Position numbers and translations under genes: made by a program | The notes under the pieces: generated by a model | The model's database searches: none | Told to the model about the DNA's origin: nothing | Seen by the model: the letters and a program-made list of their open reading frames with translations, nothing else | Assembly: GCA_965205265.1 (NCBI GenBank) | Contig: CBDBGH010000003.1 | Location: 96,001 to 160,000, forward strand | DNA length: 64,000 nucleotides | Source of the DNA: Alphaproteobacteria bacterium | GTDB taxonomy: Bacteria > Pseudomonadota > Alphaproteobacteria > Bin95 | Direction: 5' to 3' | Part shown: positions 63,574 through 64,000 of the stretch, one piece after another | How positions within the stretch are numbered: the stretch's first letter is position 1 | How the letters are laid out: every line of letters begins with the position of its first letter

Positions 63574-64000
63574 ATGCGAACGCTTTTCGTCCTGTTGCTC
63601 TGCGCGGCATTCGTCCCGTTCGACGGCCGCGCCGAGACGGTCCACCGCGCTCACGCCATCGCCATGCACGGCGAGCCGAAATACCCGGCCGGTTTTCCCC
63701 ATTTCGACTATGTGAACCCGGAGGCGCCCAAGGGCGGTGTCATCCGGTTCGGCGTGCAGGGCAGCTTCGACACATTCAACCCCTATAACGGCAAGGGCAA
63801 TGCGGCGGCCATGGCCAATCCGGTCGAGACGCTGCTGACGAACAGCGACGACGAACCGTTCACCGCATACGGGCTGATCGCGGAGAGCCTGGAGTGGCCG
63901 GAAGACCGGTCCTGGGTCGTCTTCCACCTGCGCGAAGACGCGCGCTGGCATGACGGCAGGCCGATCGCGGTCGAGGATGTGATCTTCTCGCTGGAATTGC
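63574..64000 (+). CDS. YejA-like ABC peptide-binding protein (partial)
   Basis: Not in the ORF track; signal peptide, then HAIAMHGEPKYP..F.HFDYVNPEAPKGG. Confidence 0.88.
   Translation, partial: MRTLFVLLLCAAFVPFDGRAETVHRAHAIAMHGEPKYPAGFPHFDYVNPEAPKGGVIRFGVQGSFDTFNPYNGKGNAAAMANPVETLLTNSDDEPFTAYGLIAESLEWPEDRSWVVFHLREDARWHDGRPIAVEDVIFSLEL

Overview
High-GC alphaproteobacterial chromosome segment, judged from the dapF-mtaB-ftsY and tldD / coxB-coxA-ctaB-coxF-ctaG-coxC-surf1 ... thrC-M16 peptidase gene orders. It also carries many catabolic genes (SDRs, GMC oxidoreductases, LLM monooxygenases, amidase, CoA ligase, a fused carboxylase, TctCBA) and at least six toxin-antitoxin loci or remnants. A lower-GC island at about 30.0-39.0 kb holds a RosmerTA-like pair and a DNA methyltransferase-HNH fusion. 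That fusion was hit by an IS66 (8-bp TSD containing its ATG) and by an IS1634 with a 568-570 bp direct repeat. The main unexplained signals are (i) a non-coding element present twice in opposite orientation (about 20.74-21.16 kb and 29.46-30.01 kb), with promoter, hairpins and 10-bp-phased CATGACA boxes, and (ii) a catalytic-domain-less IS630-type HTH gene with a LexA-like box, facing a promoter and a 49-bp direct repeat. All calls come from reading the sequence by eye; no database searches or folding computations were run.
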